The notes: a model not told the origin generated them from the letters alone. Counted from the first letter of the whole stretch, positions 26,163-38,749 are shown. The stretch is DNA of 63,535 nt, filler included, from Octopus bimaculoides (GCF_001194135.2; 7 parts of 7 records of this genome joined end to end with filler, not necessarily neighbours in it); one strand, 5' to 3'. Program-made: numbers and translations.

Positions 26163-26297
26163 GTGAGTGGGAGACTCTAATTACTTTGCAGCTCATCATA
26201 CCGTCCAACTCATGCCAGCATGGAAAACGGACATTAAGTAATCATCATCATTGTTTGTAATATATTAATTTTTATTGGTTTTGTGTTTTGTTTGCAG

Positions 26298-26531
26298 CGT
26301 CGCAGGTGTCATCCTTGACGGAGGCCGTGCACACTCGGTCGAGCGACTGCCAACAATACATGCAGCGGATCAAACAGCTGGAGCAGCAGCTGCTGCACCT
26401 GTTGCAGCAAGACAATCCACAGCAAAATCAACAGAAAATACTGCAACAGATACAGCACCAGGTGCAGCAGCAGCAACACAACTCCCTGTTACGTCAAACT
26501 GCATCTGACGCCACCATTGCTAGTCACTCAG
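26298..26531 (+). CDS. ZnF-BEN protein, coding exon 3 (Q-rich coiled coil)
   Basis: Acceptor tttgcag|; phase matches exon 2 (ASQVSSLTEAVHTRSSDCQQYMQRIKQLEQQLL...SHS); donor G|GTATGA, phase 1. Confidence 0.85.
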
Positions 26532-26921
26532 GTATGAATATGGCTTTTCTCTGCGATTAATCCCTTTTCTTACCAGCGTTAACTTAGAATATAACCCACT
26601 ACCGGATGCATGCACACACACACACACATGTGGTGGACTTCATTCAGTTTCTGTTGACCAGATCTACTCTCCATGCTTTGGCCAGCATGGGTTCTAGAGT
26701 AGAAAACACTTGCCCAAAGTGGGGTTGAACCAGCAACCTTGAGGTCACGAAGAAAACTTCTTTCTTTGTAATTCTTATTCAGCCATGACAACTGTGTCGT
26801 CAGCATAGATGGCCAGTCTTAAACCTGTCTGTTGTGGCCTAGTGTGTCTACACGGAAGAGGAGGGGCAGAGAAATAAATATTTGTTTGTTTATTAACGAC
26901 TTGACTTTCTTTCTGTTGCAG

Positions 26922-27013
26922 ACACATCACAGTACAACTCCCCAATCACCTACGAGTTTGGTCGGCCCCGTGCAGGATTCGGCATCAGCAAGTCTGTTGT
27001 TGACAAATATAAG
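26922..27013 (+). CDS. ZnF-BEN protein, coding exon 4
   Basis: Acceptor ttctgttgcag|; open in phase 1 (DTSQYNSPITYEFGRPRAGFGISKSVVDKYK); donor AAG|GTAATT, phase 0. Confidence 0.8.
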
Positions 27014-27766
27014 GTAATTTTAATTAATATGTAATAAAGACTTTTTTGTGTTTTGTTACTCCTTAGATCTGGCAGACGTATTAAGAAGGAGAAGGGTCCA
27101 ACTGGTTGGGGGAGATTTGGCTGCTATTTCTGCCAAATAAACACCCTTGTCGCCCTCTCTTTCTATTCTTAAGGTACAAGAAACCCCTATTTTATTCTAC
27201 TTGATCTGTTGTGATCATCCTGTCTTTTATTCAGACATGGTGTATCTAGGACTACATCATCTAATGTGCTCTTCCTTGTTGTTGCTCAACCCCAGGTCAG
27301 TTGTCATCCAACAGACGCTCCATTTGTGACCATCCTGTCTTTTAGTGAGCCATAATGTCTCTAGGATTACATTATCAAAGAATTCATTAAAAATAAACCA
27401 TTGTAGGGAGTGATTTAAGGGAGGACTTGTCAGCTATTTCCAGTGGTGGCCATGTAAGGACTTCCTTTCTGATTGACAGACGTCCAGTGAAAAGGGTATT
27501 TTATTTTAAGATTTGGTGACAACATTTCACCAATCTCAAGAATCGTCCATAGGATTCTTGCAGCAACAATGCAATTTCCAATTCTAATCTTCTTCAGTCT
27601 TTTAGACAGCATCACTATTTGTTGTGCCAAGTGCACCAATTACCAGAGAAGTAATTGTTCTCTTCTACAGTCTCCTCAGTTCTTTGGCTAAATTCTGATA
27701 TTTCTCCATTCTGTAACCTATGATGTGTGGAGCACTTACCTCTTCCTCTCCTCTCTGGCCTGTCAG

Positions 27767-27962
27767 ATGATAGACATTGGTCAAGGTTTGTACGTCCACC
27801 CAGATGACTTGGCCGTTGTCCTGAGCAAAGCTGATGGCCAGAAAATGGTTCGTAAGCTGATGAATATTGTGTTTAAGAAGGAGGACCTTGAACAAGGTGC
27901 CACACTCTCCCCGACTGGCAAAGGGAAGCTTCTAGATCAAAGAATTGTGGATGTCATGTTAG
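27767..27962 (+). CDS. ZnF-BEN protein, coding exon 5 (BEN-like domain)
   Basis: Acceptor ctgtcag|; MIDIGQGLYVHPDDLAVVLSKADGQKMVRKLMNIVFKKEDLEQGATLSPTGKGKLLDQRIVDVML resembles the BEN pattern (R.LM..LF..E.L...SL.G.....LD...V); donor G|GTGAGT, phase 1. BEN assignment is by motif recognition only. Confidence 0.8.
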
Positions 27963-28496
27963 GTGAGTACATAAAAAAAAGTCTATAATTTGTGGTGTGT
28001 GTATATAACTGGTTGTGTGTGGGTGTATATGTGCATCTCTTCCTCACATCTTCTCTCTTGTGCTCTACTTGCTGACCCTGTCACGTGAAAAGCATCCAGT
28101 CCACACTGACCTCTCCTGTGCTTCAGCCATCTACTCACAACGCTTTGGTCGTCCCGAGACTGTGGTAGGGACTGAACCATGTGGTTGGGAAACAAACTTT
28201 GCCTATATGATGTTTGTGCCTGTCAATGTTTTTCTCCCTAACCAGTGTTGGTTTGTTTCTGTTCCTATAACTTCTCAGTTTAATAAATTACCATACTTTA
28301 AAAATACAAAAAAAAAAAAAGAAATTCTTGTTGATTAAACCATTGAAGGTGGTGCTCCAGCATGACTGAAACGAGTAAAAGTTGCTTGTATGTATGTAAA
28401 GAATTTAGATGAACTTGTTGCCATTTGTGAGTTTTTTTTCCAGGTTTTCTCTGAAGTCATTTTCATCATCATTATTGTTTTAATGTCTATTTTTCC

Positions 28497-29486
28497 ATGT
28501 CTGCACGACTAACACAGGACAGTGATAGTTCCCTTCTCTCTCGTGACTGTTTTAATGTCTGCCGGACTGACACGAGACGGTGATAGTTGGCTTCTCTCTA
28601 CTGACTGTTTTAATGTCTGCCCGACTGACACAAGATGGTGATAGTTCCCTTCTCTCTCGTGACTGTTTTAATATCTGCACGACTGACACGAGACGGTGAT
28701 AGTTCCCTTCTCTCTTCTGACTGTTTTAATGCCTGCACGACTGACACGAGACGGTGATAGTTCCCTTCTCTCTTCTGACTGTTTTAATGTCTGCACGACT
28801 GACACGAGACGGTGATAGTTCCCTTCTCTCTTCTGACTGTTTTAATGTCTGCACGACTGACATGACACGGCGATAGTTCCCTTCTCTCTTCTGACTGTTT
28901 TAATGTCTGCACGACTGACACGAGACGGTGATAGTTCCCTTCTCTCTCGTGACTGTTTTAATGTCTGCACGACTGACACGAGACGGTGATAGTGCCCTTC
29001 TCTCTACTGACTGTTTTAATGTCTGCACGACTGACATGACACGGCACGGCGATAGTTCCCTTCTCTCTTCTGACTGTTTTAATGTCTGCACGACTGACAC
29101 GAGACGGTGATAGTTCCCTTCTCTCTTCTGACTTNNNNNNNNNNNNNNNNNNNNNNNNNNNNNNNNNNNNNNNNNNNNNNNNNNNNNNNNNNNNNNNNNN
29201 NNNNNNNNNNNNNNNNNNNNNNNNNNNNNNNNNNNNNNNNNNNNNNNNNNNNNNNNNNNNNNNNNNNNNNNNNNNNNNNNNNNNNNNGCACGGCGATAGT
29301 TCCCTTCTCTCTTCTGACTGTTTTAATGTCTGCACGACTGACACGAGACGGTGATAGTTCCCTTCTCTCTTCTGACTTTTAATGTCTGCATGACTGACAC
29401 GAGACGGTGATAGTTCCCTTCTCTCTTCTGTCTGTTTTAATGTCTGCACGACTGACAAGAGACGGTGATAGTTCCCTTCTCTCTCT
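28497..29486. repeat. 58-bp minisatellite (~17 units including the N-gap)
   Basis: Unit gttttaatgtctgcacgactgacacgagacggtgatagttcccttctctcttctgact repeated head-to-tail with few variants (period 58, e.g. 28723 to 28781). Confidence 0.95.
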
Positions 29487-29535
29487 CATTAATTAGCACC
29501 ATATAATGACTTGGCGCTGTTCTCTTGTCCATCAG

Positions 29536-29552
29536 CCGAATTCTTGTGTTGA
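29536..29552 (+). CDS. Candidate terminal coding exon of the ZnF-BEN gene (AEFLC*)
   Basis: First strong pyrimidine-rich acceptor after the minisatellite (tttctcttgtccatcag|); the phase-1 join gives AEFLC then TGA. No independent support. Confidence 0.35.
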
Positions 29553-30403
29553 TCTCATCAAAATATTCAGCTGTGTCTCTTACGACTGAACACAAAACGA
29601 GATCACTCCTAAGCAACTGAACATTGTAAAGGAGTTGACTCAGCGTCGTAGCATAACGATGACGTCCCTACAATGAAAGCCTTCCCAGTTTCTTGATATC
29701 CGTACAATGCATTCTTTGTTTACTACCCTCCACTCTTACTTTTTGTGATGTCATGTACCCAGATATGCATCAATATATACATGTAGGTATGTACATGCAT
29801 GTACGTATATATTCTTGCATATTATTTGTATTATTACATGATCGAATGCACGCGTCATCTTTGCAAGTAAGTTTCAACTTTATATATATTATACATGCAT
29901 TGATATATATTCACATACATACATAGATGAAAATGAATCGCAAGAAGAAAACCATTTTAAGAAACTATTTAGATATATATGCATACATACATAAAGATAT
30001 ATATACACATATATACATACATAGACATATATACAAACATAGATTTATACATACATACATACATTCGTCNNNNNNNNNNNNNNNNNNNNNNNNNNNNNNN
30101 NNNNNNNNNNNNNNNNNNNNNNNNNNNNNNNNNNNNNNNNNNNNNNNNNNNNNNNNNNNNNNNNNNNNNNNNNNNNNNNNNNNNNNNNNNNNNNNNNNNN
30201 NNNNNNNNNNNNNNNNNNNNNNNNNNNNNNNNNNNNNNNNNNNNNNNNNNNNNNNNNNNNNNNNNNNNNNNNNNNNNNNNNNNNNNNNNNNNNNNNNNNN
30301 NNNNNNNNNNNNNNNNNNNNNNNNNNNNNNNNNNNNNNNNNNNNNNNNNNNNNNNNNNNNNNNNNNNNNNNNNNNNNNNNNNNNNNNNNNNNNNNNNNNN
30401 NNN

Positions 30404-30736
30404 TACATAGATATATACTCATAGACAGATATATTCACATAGATATGTACATAAATATATATTCATATACATACATATATATATATATACACACATACAT
30501 TGATATATATTCATTCATAGATATATATATACAGACATACATTGATATATGTACATACATACATTCATCTGTATGTACATACATAGGTATATATATATAC
30601 ATATCTATGTACATACGTAGATAGATATATATATTCAGATACATACGTACACAGATATATATTCACATACATACATTGATATATATTCACTCATAGATAT
30701 ATACACATAGACAGATATATATATACATTCATAGAG

Positions 30737-30767
<31 letters not shown>

Positions 30768-31004
30768 TTGATATATATTCACATACATACGTTGATATAT
30801 ATTCACACATACATAGATATATACTCATAGACAGATATATTCACATAGATATGTACATAAATATATATTCATATACATATATATATATATACACACACAT
30901 ACATTGATATATATTCATTCATAGATATATATATACAGACATACATTGATATATGTAAATACATACATTCATCTGTATGTACATACATAGGTATATCATC
31001 ATCA
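30404..31004. repeat. Complex AT/AC-rich degenerate tandem repeat with internal duplication
   Basis: Recurring 'acatacattgatatatattcattcatagatatata'; 30404-30585 is largely repeated at ~30813-30995. Confidence 0.7.
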
Positions 31005-31387
31005 TCATCGTTTAACGTCCGCTTTCCATGCTAGCATGGNNNNNNNNNNNNNNNNNNNNNNNNNNNNNNNNNNNNNNNNNNNNNNNNNNNNNNNNNNNNN
31101 NNNNNNNNNNNNNNNNNNNNNNNNNNNNNNNNNNNNNNNAAACAGATATAACATCAGAAAAAATACACTCCATTTAAAAACACAAACCATATATATATAT
31201 ATATATATATAGATATATATATAATTCAGGTAATTGTATAAAGTAACTGGTACATGCAATTTAGTACACAGGTTGACATAAATTGTGAACTCCAATTTGA
31301 ATTAAGACTAAAAATGGTGTACAAAGCAGGATTGCTTATAGACAGTATCACACTTGAGTTGATACTAGCATAATAGAATAAGATTTG

Positions 31388-31430
<43 letters not shown>

Positions 31431-32467
31431 ATGTATATATGTGTGTATATAAGGTCAGATAAGGACATATGTTTAAATGTAGACTCGAAGTCAGACATGA
31501 ATGTTACAGGAATTTAGATCATAAAAGAAGAAAGAATTGGTTGGGGAATTGTCATCCTGATTGTAATATAAGTTGATATTTTCCCGGAACAGTTACAAGG
31601 TAAGTTCAATACACAGACACACACACACACACATTGGTGATTATGAGGATAAACAAATAAGAGATATTAAATATAACAGTTTGGGCATGAAATACAAAAT
31701 ATGTACAGGTGTATACATGCAAAACAAGACGATGAATATTTAAGTATAGATATATAGATATTTATATTAAAAGAACCAGCTTACACAGGGTACAAGTGAC
31801 AGAAAAAATTAAAGGAGAGGAAGAAAGGTGTTATAAGTCCAATAAGCTGTTTCTGGGGGCTCAGAGATCCCTCAAAATGTTGGTAGATGTAAGTCATCAT
31901 AATATGTAGACTGTAATGGAAGCAATCAACATTGGACAAAACGAGGTTCCGTCATCGGGGTAGAGAAGATCTTACATTTGAGATCATTACAAGTTCTTAG
32001 ACATGAAAAGGGTCAGATCCTTTTGAGATCTAAGAATCCAACACACGGCCGAATTTTAGATCGAAAATTCTCAACGGTTGTCAGCATATGGCTAGGTTCC
32101 TGTTGATGAATTGAAAAGTACCACCCTCCCCGGATTGAACAGCTATACCACAGGCTCTAAGTCACCATCTTTTCAGCCTTATAGTGTATGGTCAAATGGG
32201 AAATAATTCTAATCACCCCACCCACCAACCTTTTGCTTCCTTCTGGGTTTTTTTCCTTTTCCAGTCTTCCCGTTTTATATCTACTTTTTTTCTCACCTTT
32301 TGTCATTGTTTCACTCATCCTGTGGTCCCATTTTCAGTTTGTTATGCCATGTGGGCAGTGCCTGAAGATTGTGCCAGGACACCAGATGTGTTAAAAATAC
32401 TGTCTGGCATGCTCTCATCACATAAAACCATATATTGTGTTTATTGAATAAGATTTATCTCCCTCCA

Positions 32468-32868
32468 GGAGGCGCAATGGCCCAGTGCTTAGAGCAGCGG
32501 ACTCACAGTCATAGGATCGCGGTTTCGATTCCCAGACCGGGCGTTGTGAGTGTTTATTGAGCGAAAACACCTAAAAGCTCCACGAGGCTCCGGCAGGGGA
32601 TGGTGGCGAACCCTGCTGTACTCCTTCACCCCAATTTTCTCTCACTCTTACTTCCTGTTTCTGTTGTGCCTGTAATTCAAAGGGTCGGCCTTGTCACACT
32701 TTGTGTCACGCTGAATCTCCCCTGAGAACTACGTTAAGAGTACACGTGTCTGTGGAGTGCTCAGCCACTTGCACGTTAATTTCACAAGCAGGCTGTTCCG
32801 TTGGTTGGATCAACTGGAACCCTCGACGTCGTAAGCGATGGAGTGCCAACAATCTCCCTCCAGATGAA
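32468..32868 (+). mobile_element. tRNA-headed SINE (third family)
   Basis: Head 'ggaggcgcaatggcccagtgcttagagcagcggactc...ggtttcgattcccagaccgggcg' has A/B-box-like motifs and is followed by a unique body. Confidence 0.75.
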
Positions 32869-34981
32869 GTACATTTTTGGTGATCTACCATNNNNNNNNN
32901 NTATATATATATATATATATATATCCATTATATCTATGGGCTTCTTTAAGTTTCTGTCTATCAAATCCTCTGATAAAGCTTTGGTCGACTCGGGGCTACA
33001 TTAGAGGACATTTGTCTAAGGTGCCAGTGTAAAATTTTAGGTCCAATAAGGTAAATCCATTCTGCCAACTGAAATCGTATTAGAATCAATGTAAATGTTT
33101 TTTGCTCCGTGGGTTTTAAACTATGTTAAATCATTTTGAATGTCCTTTATTTTGAAGTTCCTGAATTCATCTGACGAAAACGGCTTCTTTACAATGATGT
33201 AATGCTTTCATTAATCAATTAAGGGAGTCGTTAGAAAAGGCCGTAATGGATTGACACCTGTATCTCTGTCACTCGTTTATATTTTATACACCTGTCTCAG
33301 AATCTGCCTTCGTAAATATTATGGACAGAGTAATTTGATATAAAGTACATGTCTGAATAGGCCAAGGGCGGATTTCTCCACGCAGTTGGGTCTCATTGTC
33401 TACATACACTGCAGGAATATCGTTCGGCCGGTATTTACCTACTTAGCATTAGAGAAATGCAATTGCACATTCCTAAAAGCAAGCTAGCTTATCAGATTAA
33501 CGGAACATCGTTGTCACAGCAACAGTTGAACCGTTAATGTAACTATGGTGTCCGGTGGTGACCTGATGAGCAGCACAGAAGTTATCAGTGACCAGATCGC
33601 AGTTTCGAATCACTAGAAATCTGACACCGTTGTTTACAAACAATACATGTTTCGGCGAAGTTTGTGCCTTTCTAAAATGGCTTACTTGTGTCTTCTACGC
33701 TGCAGTTGTATACCTAAACTGCTTTCTATCTATATATATACGTATGCGAATGCATAAAACTTATCTGGTGTTTGTCTACCTAATCTCTCACAACAATACC
33801 GTCTCCTACGCATCTATTAAACGTTTCAGTTTCTCTTTTTCTACTCCCGCTCCAACGATTCTAGCTGTCTTTCTCTGTACTCTCCCTCCAAGCATCTACT
33901 TATCTCTCTTTCTAATTCCCCTCTAACGTCTCTCTCTATATTTCTTTTCTACTCCCCTTCAAATGTCTCTCTCTCTCTCTCTCTGTACCGCCCTACTCAT
34001 CCCCCCCAACGCCTCTGTCTGTGTTCCTCTCCGCTCGCCCTCCAGCATATGTCTCGCTTTCTTTCTCCTCCCCTTCATTGCATCTATTTATCTCTTTCTA
34101 TTTCTCCCTCTCTTCTTCTTCTCTATTCCCCCTACAGCGTCTCCCTTTATCTGTTTTCCTCACAACTCCCCCTTCAACGCCTCGATCAATCTCTCTTCCT
34201 TTCTACTCCCACCTTACACCTCTATGTATTTCTCCCCCCCCCTTTAAAGTCTCTATCTATCTATCTATCTATCTGTTCTCCCCCAACGTATTTATCTACC
34301 TGTCTCCCTATCTCGCCACTTTCATCTCCAAACTCGCACCGTCTCTCTTTCACAACGAAACTCCCTTCTGTCAAAACTATTCACAAACTTTTCAGAGCGG
34401 AGAGAGCTGGAAGCGAACCCGAAAAGTATGTCAGTTTGTTATTGCTTTTCTTGTGATTTTTTTTATTGCTATTGTTATTAACCTACAGGTCAGGTGAGCG
34501 CTGACAGAGCAGCCCTTTCGTTAGTTACACCTCCAGATCTCGTCCCGTTCCATTTAACAATGACAACAATGGTCCCTATAGGCACAAGGCCTGATACCCT
34601 GGGAGAGGGCACTGGTCGATTACATCAACACTTAATTCATCGATACCCAAACGATGAACTATGCTTGCCATGCAACCTTTATAAACTCAAAACTACGTTG
34701 TATAAATGTAACCTTTATTTGAAGACAACTGGGTCGTGATCTGAGGGAAATTTGGCTGCTATTTCTACCAGATCTAGCGATCATGACTCATATACATACA
34801 TACATGCATGCACATATCCATATACACATACATATAAACACATACACATATATAAATATGTATGCATAAATGTATACACACATACATGCATACATACTTA
34901 TATACATACATACATACATACATACTTATGCATAGATGTAAGCATATACATATATATGTACATACATATATGAATAAATAC

Positions 34982-35096
<115 letters not shown>

Positions 35097-36597
35097 ACAT
35101 ATATGCACACAAATACATATATAGATACATACGCATGTATGTATGCATAAGACAGTAGGGCATGATTTGGTGGAGATTTGGCTGCTATTTTTAGCAAGCC
35201 TAGCTATTGTGTAGAGGTCTCACCTTGATCAACCAACGGCCCGATCGAGAATATTCCAACTGTGACCAATCCCATCAGGTATGTGTCCTTCCTTTCTTCT
35301 GACCATACACTGTGAGCTGAGGTCGATTTGGCTGCTATTTCTAGCAGAAGAAGGAGCTACCACAAATAACTTTCCTCTCGTTGTTGCATTTTGGTGATGA
35401 CGATGATGATAATGATGATGTTTAACCGAAGGTCAATCCTGATCCAGCGTACCTATCTCCAGCAATCAACGGCATTACAGCCGTGACCAGCCTTGTTTAT
35501 TCGTCCGTCAGTTATTTAAAGCAATGGTCCTCGTCCGGGGTCCTCACGACCCTTAAGAGTCCACATACGATTTCGTTGATAAAATCTATCTTCTACGACA
35601 CACAAAATGTTTCAACAATTATTTTAATACAATTCCTAATATTACAAAAATATAATTTTGAAATATCAAATGGCTAGGAGGGTTCACCTGACTAAAACAG
35701 GAACCGAAGGGTTCATAGAGAGACACAAATGGTTGAGAACCACTGGTTAAAAGGGTAAGATGTGATTAGAGGGAGATTTCACTGCTCTTTCTAGCATGCC
35801 ATGAGGTTACATAAGGATTCCATGGGTGGTCAGGGCAGACGTTATCGACGCAGTGGTATTGCAGTAGAGCTGCAGCAGTATTGCAGTGTTGTCTCAATGG
35901 TACTGCTGTTGCTATAATCAACAAGTTTGACATTTGCATGCTGGAAATTAAAAAAAAAAAACAGAAGACTATTGTCCCTTCAGACCTTTGTTCAAAAATT
36001 TCAGGCCTTGTGCCTATAGTAGAAAGGATTATTATTATTATTATTCTTTCGGTCCTGCTACAAAGCCTTTAAACTGAATATTGGATTGGATTCGTCTCAA
36101 ATTTCGATATAAGTTCAGCAAGGCAAAAAAAACCAACCTCAGTGGAGTTTGAACTCAGAACGTAAAGACACGAAATGCCGCCAAGCATTTTTGCCCTGTG
36201 TGCAACCGATGCTGCCTTCGTTGAAATGAATGTCAAATGTAAACTGCTACATTCATGCCTTTCCCCACAGTCCCCCAGGGTAGATGTGTGCATTTAACCA
36301 GAAGCTGCATGAAATCGAAACTGGTTCCAAAGTTTTAAAAACTGAACATTTACAATTACCGAAAAAAATGAGAAGGTTGATGCATGGATGGCTATACGTG
36401 ATATAGTTGTCTTATACATGTGTATGTATATAACTTTTAAAGATTTTCGTCGGTTTGGAGTTTCGGATGTTGACACTCGTGATGTTAATGCATGACCCAA
36501 TATATGTGCGTTTATATATGTACACGCATGCACACACGGGCACACGAACACACACACATGTGTACGTATACATACACATATATATATGCGTGTATAT

Positions 36598-37008
36598 CAT
36601 CATCATCATCATCATCATTTAACATCCGTTTTGCCAGGGTGGTATGGGTTGGACGGCTTTGGCAGGCGCTGGCAAGGCAGAAGACTGCATCACGCTTCAC
36701 TATCTGTTGTGGCAGGGTTTCTACGGCTGGATGCCCTTCCTTTAATGCCAATCCACCTAAAAGTGAAGACTGGGTGGATGTTTTCTACGTGGCACCAACA
36801 CTGGTGGGGGTCAGTAAGTGACTTTAGAGACAAAGATCCTTTGAGAGGCGAGGGGCAATGGGAGGAGGTGGCCTTGTGCCAGGTGGTGAGAGGTTAGAGT
36901 GTGACGAAGGGACAGAAACAGGTGTGTTGCTGCTGAGGAAATACCTGGGTACCCCAGTCAGAGGGAGAGAGAGCGAGAGAAAGAGGGAGTTATCAAGAAT
37001 GAGAGCAA

Positions 37009-37044
<36 letters not shown>

Positions 37045-37240
37045 TGCCTGGGTGTAGGGACTTCACATGAGTGCAAAGAGTGTGCAGTGACTGGTGAAAC
37101 GTGGATATGTAGAGGAGGGGGGTGACAAGGGGATAGTACGATCTTCCGCCCTGGCGATGAGTCTTAAGCAGATCTGCTTTGATGCCGGTGACCTCTGCTG
37201 CCCCACGGGACCTCGATGATAGAGACAAAGTTACCATTTG
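36598..37240 (-). mobile_element. Internally deleted RTE-clade LINE derivative
   Basis: Minus strand encodes a degenerate RT N-terminal motif (GAAEVTGIKADLLK..., cf. KAPG..GI.AE.LK) and ends in the RTE-like tail with (GAT)n. Confidence 0.55.
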
Positions 37241-37551
37241 ACCTGGGGCTGTAGGGCAAGGTACTTGTCCAAGATGCCACTCTGGAGGATTGAACTGGAA
37301 ACGATAGGATTTCAGGCTGGAATTGCAAAGTGACCTTCTAAAACTCAGCTAGAAATTACAAGGTTTAGGGCAAGGGAAAAACCAATCTGTTCTCTTTCTT
37401 TCTTTCCCTCTTTCTCTTCTCTCTCTTACACACACACACAAACACTTTCACTGTCTCTCTCTCACAAACACTTTCACTCTATCTATCTCTGTGTGCCTCT
37501 CTCTCTCTCCCTCTCCCTCACCACTATTCCTTTCTTCCGATCCAGATCTCA

Positions 37552-37745
37552 ATGGTGAAAATCGCAGTAATCGGTGCCGGTGTGGTGGGCTTATCTACAG
37601 CTCTTCAAGTCAAACAGAACTTTCCGTTCTGTTCCGTGACTGTGGTAGCTGACAAATTCAACACAGAGACGACCAGTGATGGCGCCGGTGGTCTCTTCCG
37701 ACCGAATATGGTCACATTGTCTGCAAATCCTTTTGAAAGCCTCAA
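37552..37745 (+). CDS. DDO: D-aspartate oxidase / D-amino-acid oxidase family flavoenzyme, coding exon 1
   Basis: MVKIAVIGAGVVGLSTA (GxGxxG FAD motif) and TTSDGAGGLFRP (DAO-family motif); acceptor at 37545 just upstream; donor AA|GTAAGT, phase 2. DDO versus DAO cannot be settled because the C-terminal exons are missing. Confidence 0.9.
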
Positions 37746-37789
37746 GTAAGTAACAAGAAGACAGAGACAGTTCCATTCCAGTTTTAACT

Positions 37790-38530
37790 TTTTAATCCTT
37801 CAGCCTCCAGATTTTGAATTAATCATGCTTTATGTTGGCACTTCAAGATTTTCATAATGCGATAGCTTCTTTTTTGAATGACATTGCCGGTCAGGTGTGA
37901 GAGGTTGGATCTGGCCAGCTTGAGCATAATACATGCAAAATATTTGGCAGCTTTCAGATTTCTCTGTCGTATGTATCATGCTTAATTTATTCACATTCTT
38001 TTGAATTAATCAAGTATTATTATCTCATAGCTTTTCCATTGACCTGGTTCTTAATTTGTTTAAATAATTGTCTAGAATAGATACGCGAGGTCAGACCCGG
38101 CCAGTTTGATCATAGGGCAAGGGGAATATCTGGGCCAAATATAGCTGGTTTAAGTGCTAAAAGACTAACCCTTTAGCTCCAAGATTGCTCTGCAAAATGT
38201 AATCTTTATTTATTCATATTATTCTGAATTAATCCTGCATTATCTTTCAGCTTTGAGATTTCAGTGATGTGAGTGTTTATTTTCAGAACATGAGAGGCCT
38301 GACTTGGCCAATTTGAACACAAAACAGGTATAATATTTCAGTCGGCTGTGGCTGGTTTGAATGCTAAAAGATTAACCCATTAATATTTATATCACTCTTT
38401 CACATGTAGCACTTATTTATCCACATTGTTCTGAATTAATCATGCATTATCTTGGAGCTTCTAAGAGGTGATGGCTTATTTTAAGAACGACATTGTAGGG
38501 TAGTTTATTTTGAGAATGACATTGTGGAGG
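37790..38530. mobile_element. Tandem array of about four ~207-bp piggyBac-type MITE units in DDO intron 1
   Basis: Repeated body 'ttatttattcacattgttctgaattaatcatgcattatct...gacattg...ggatctggccag'; junctions 'gtgctaaaagaCTAAccctttagc' (38165) and 'atgctaaaagaTTAAcccatt' (38372). Confidence 0.6.
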
Positions 38531-38749
38531 GGGAATACATGAGCCAAACAATCTGGGAAGCAGGCTTTATCGGCCTGTGGCCCAGGAAGGACTTTTGATT
38601 CCTTTTTGATATTCTTACCTACTTGTCTGTCTGTCTGTCCCTTTATATATTTCTGCTTGCTGGCCTGTCTACCTCCACTCCCTTCAACACCACCACTGCC
38701 ACTACTACTACTACTGCTATTGTTCTGTCTTTCTGTTTTCTCTCTTTAG

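Noticed and set aside
28497-29486. CRISPR-like array or repetitive protein ORFs
   Set aside because: Contiguous tandem units with no unique spacers, in a eukaryotic intron with no cas genes; the ORFs are by-products of the repeat.
34380-34500. Possible 5' UTR exon or micro-exon of DDO (aaaa|GTATGT; acag|gtcag|GTGAGC)
   Set aside because: Splice-like words only, with no way to choose among them without transcripts. An upstream exon must exist, but its position is not supportable.
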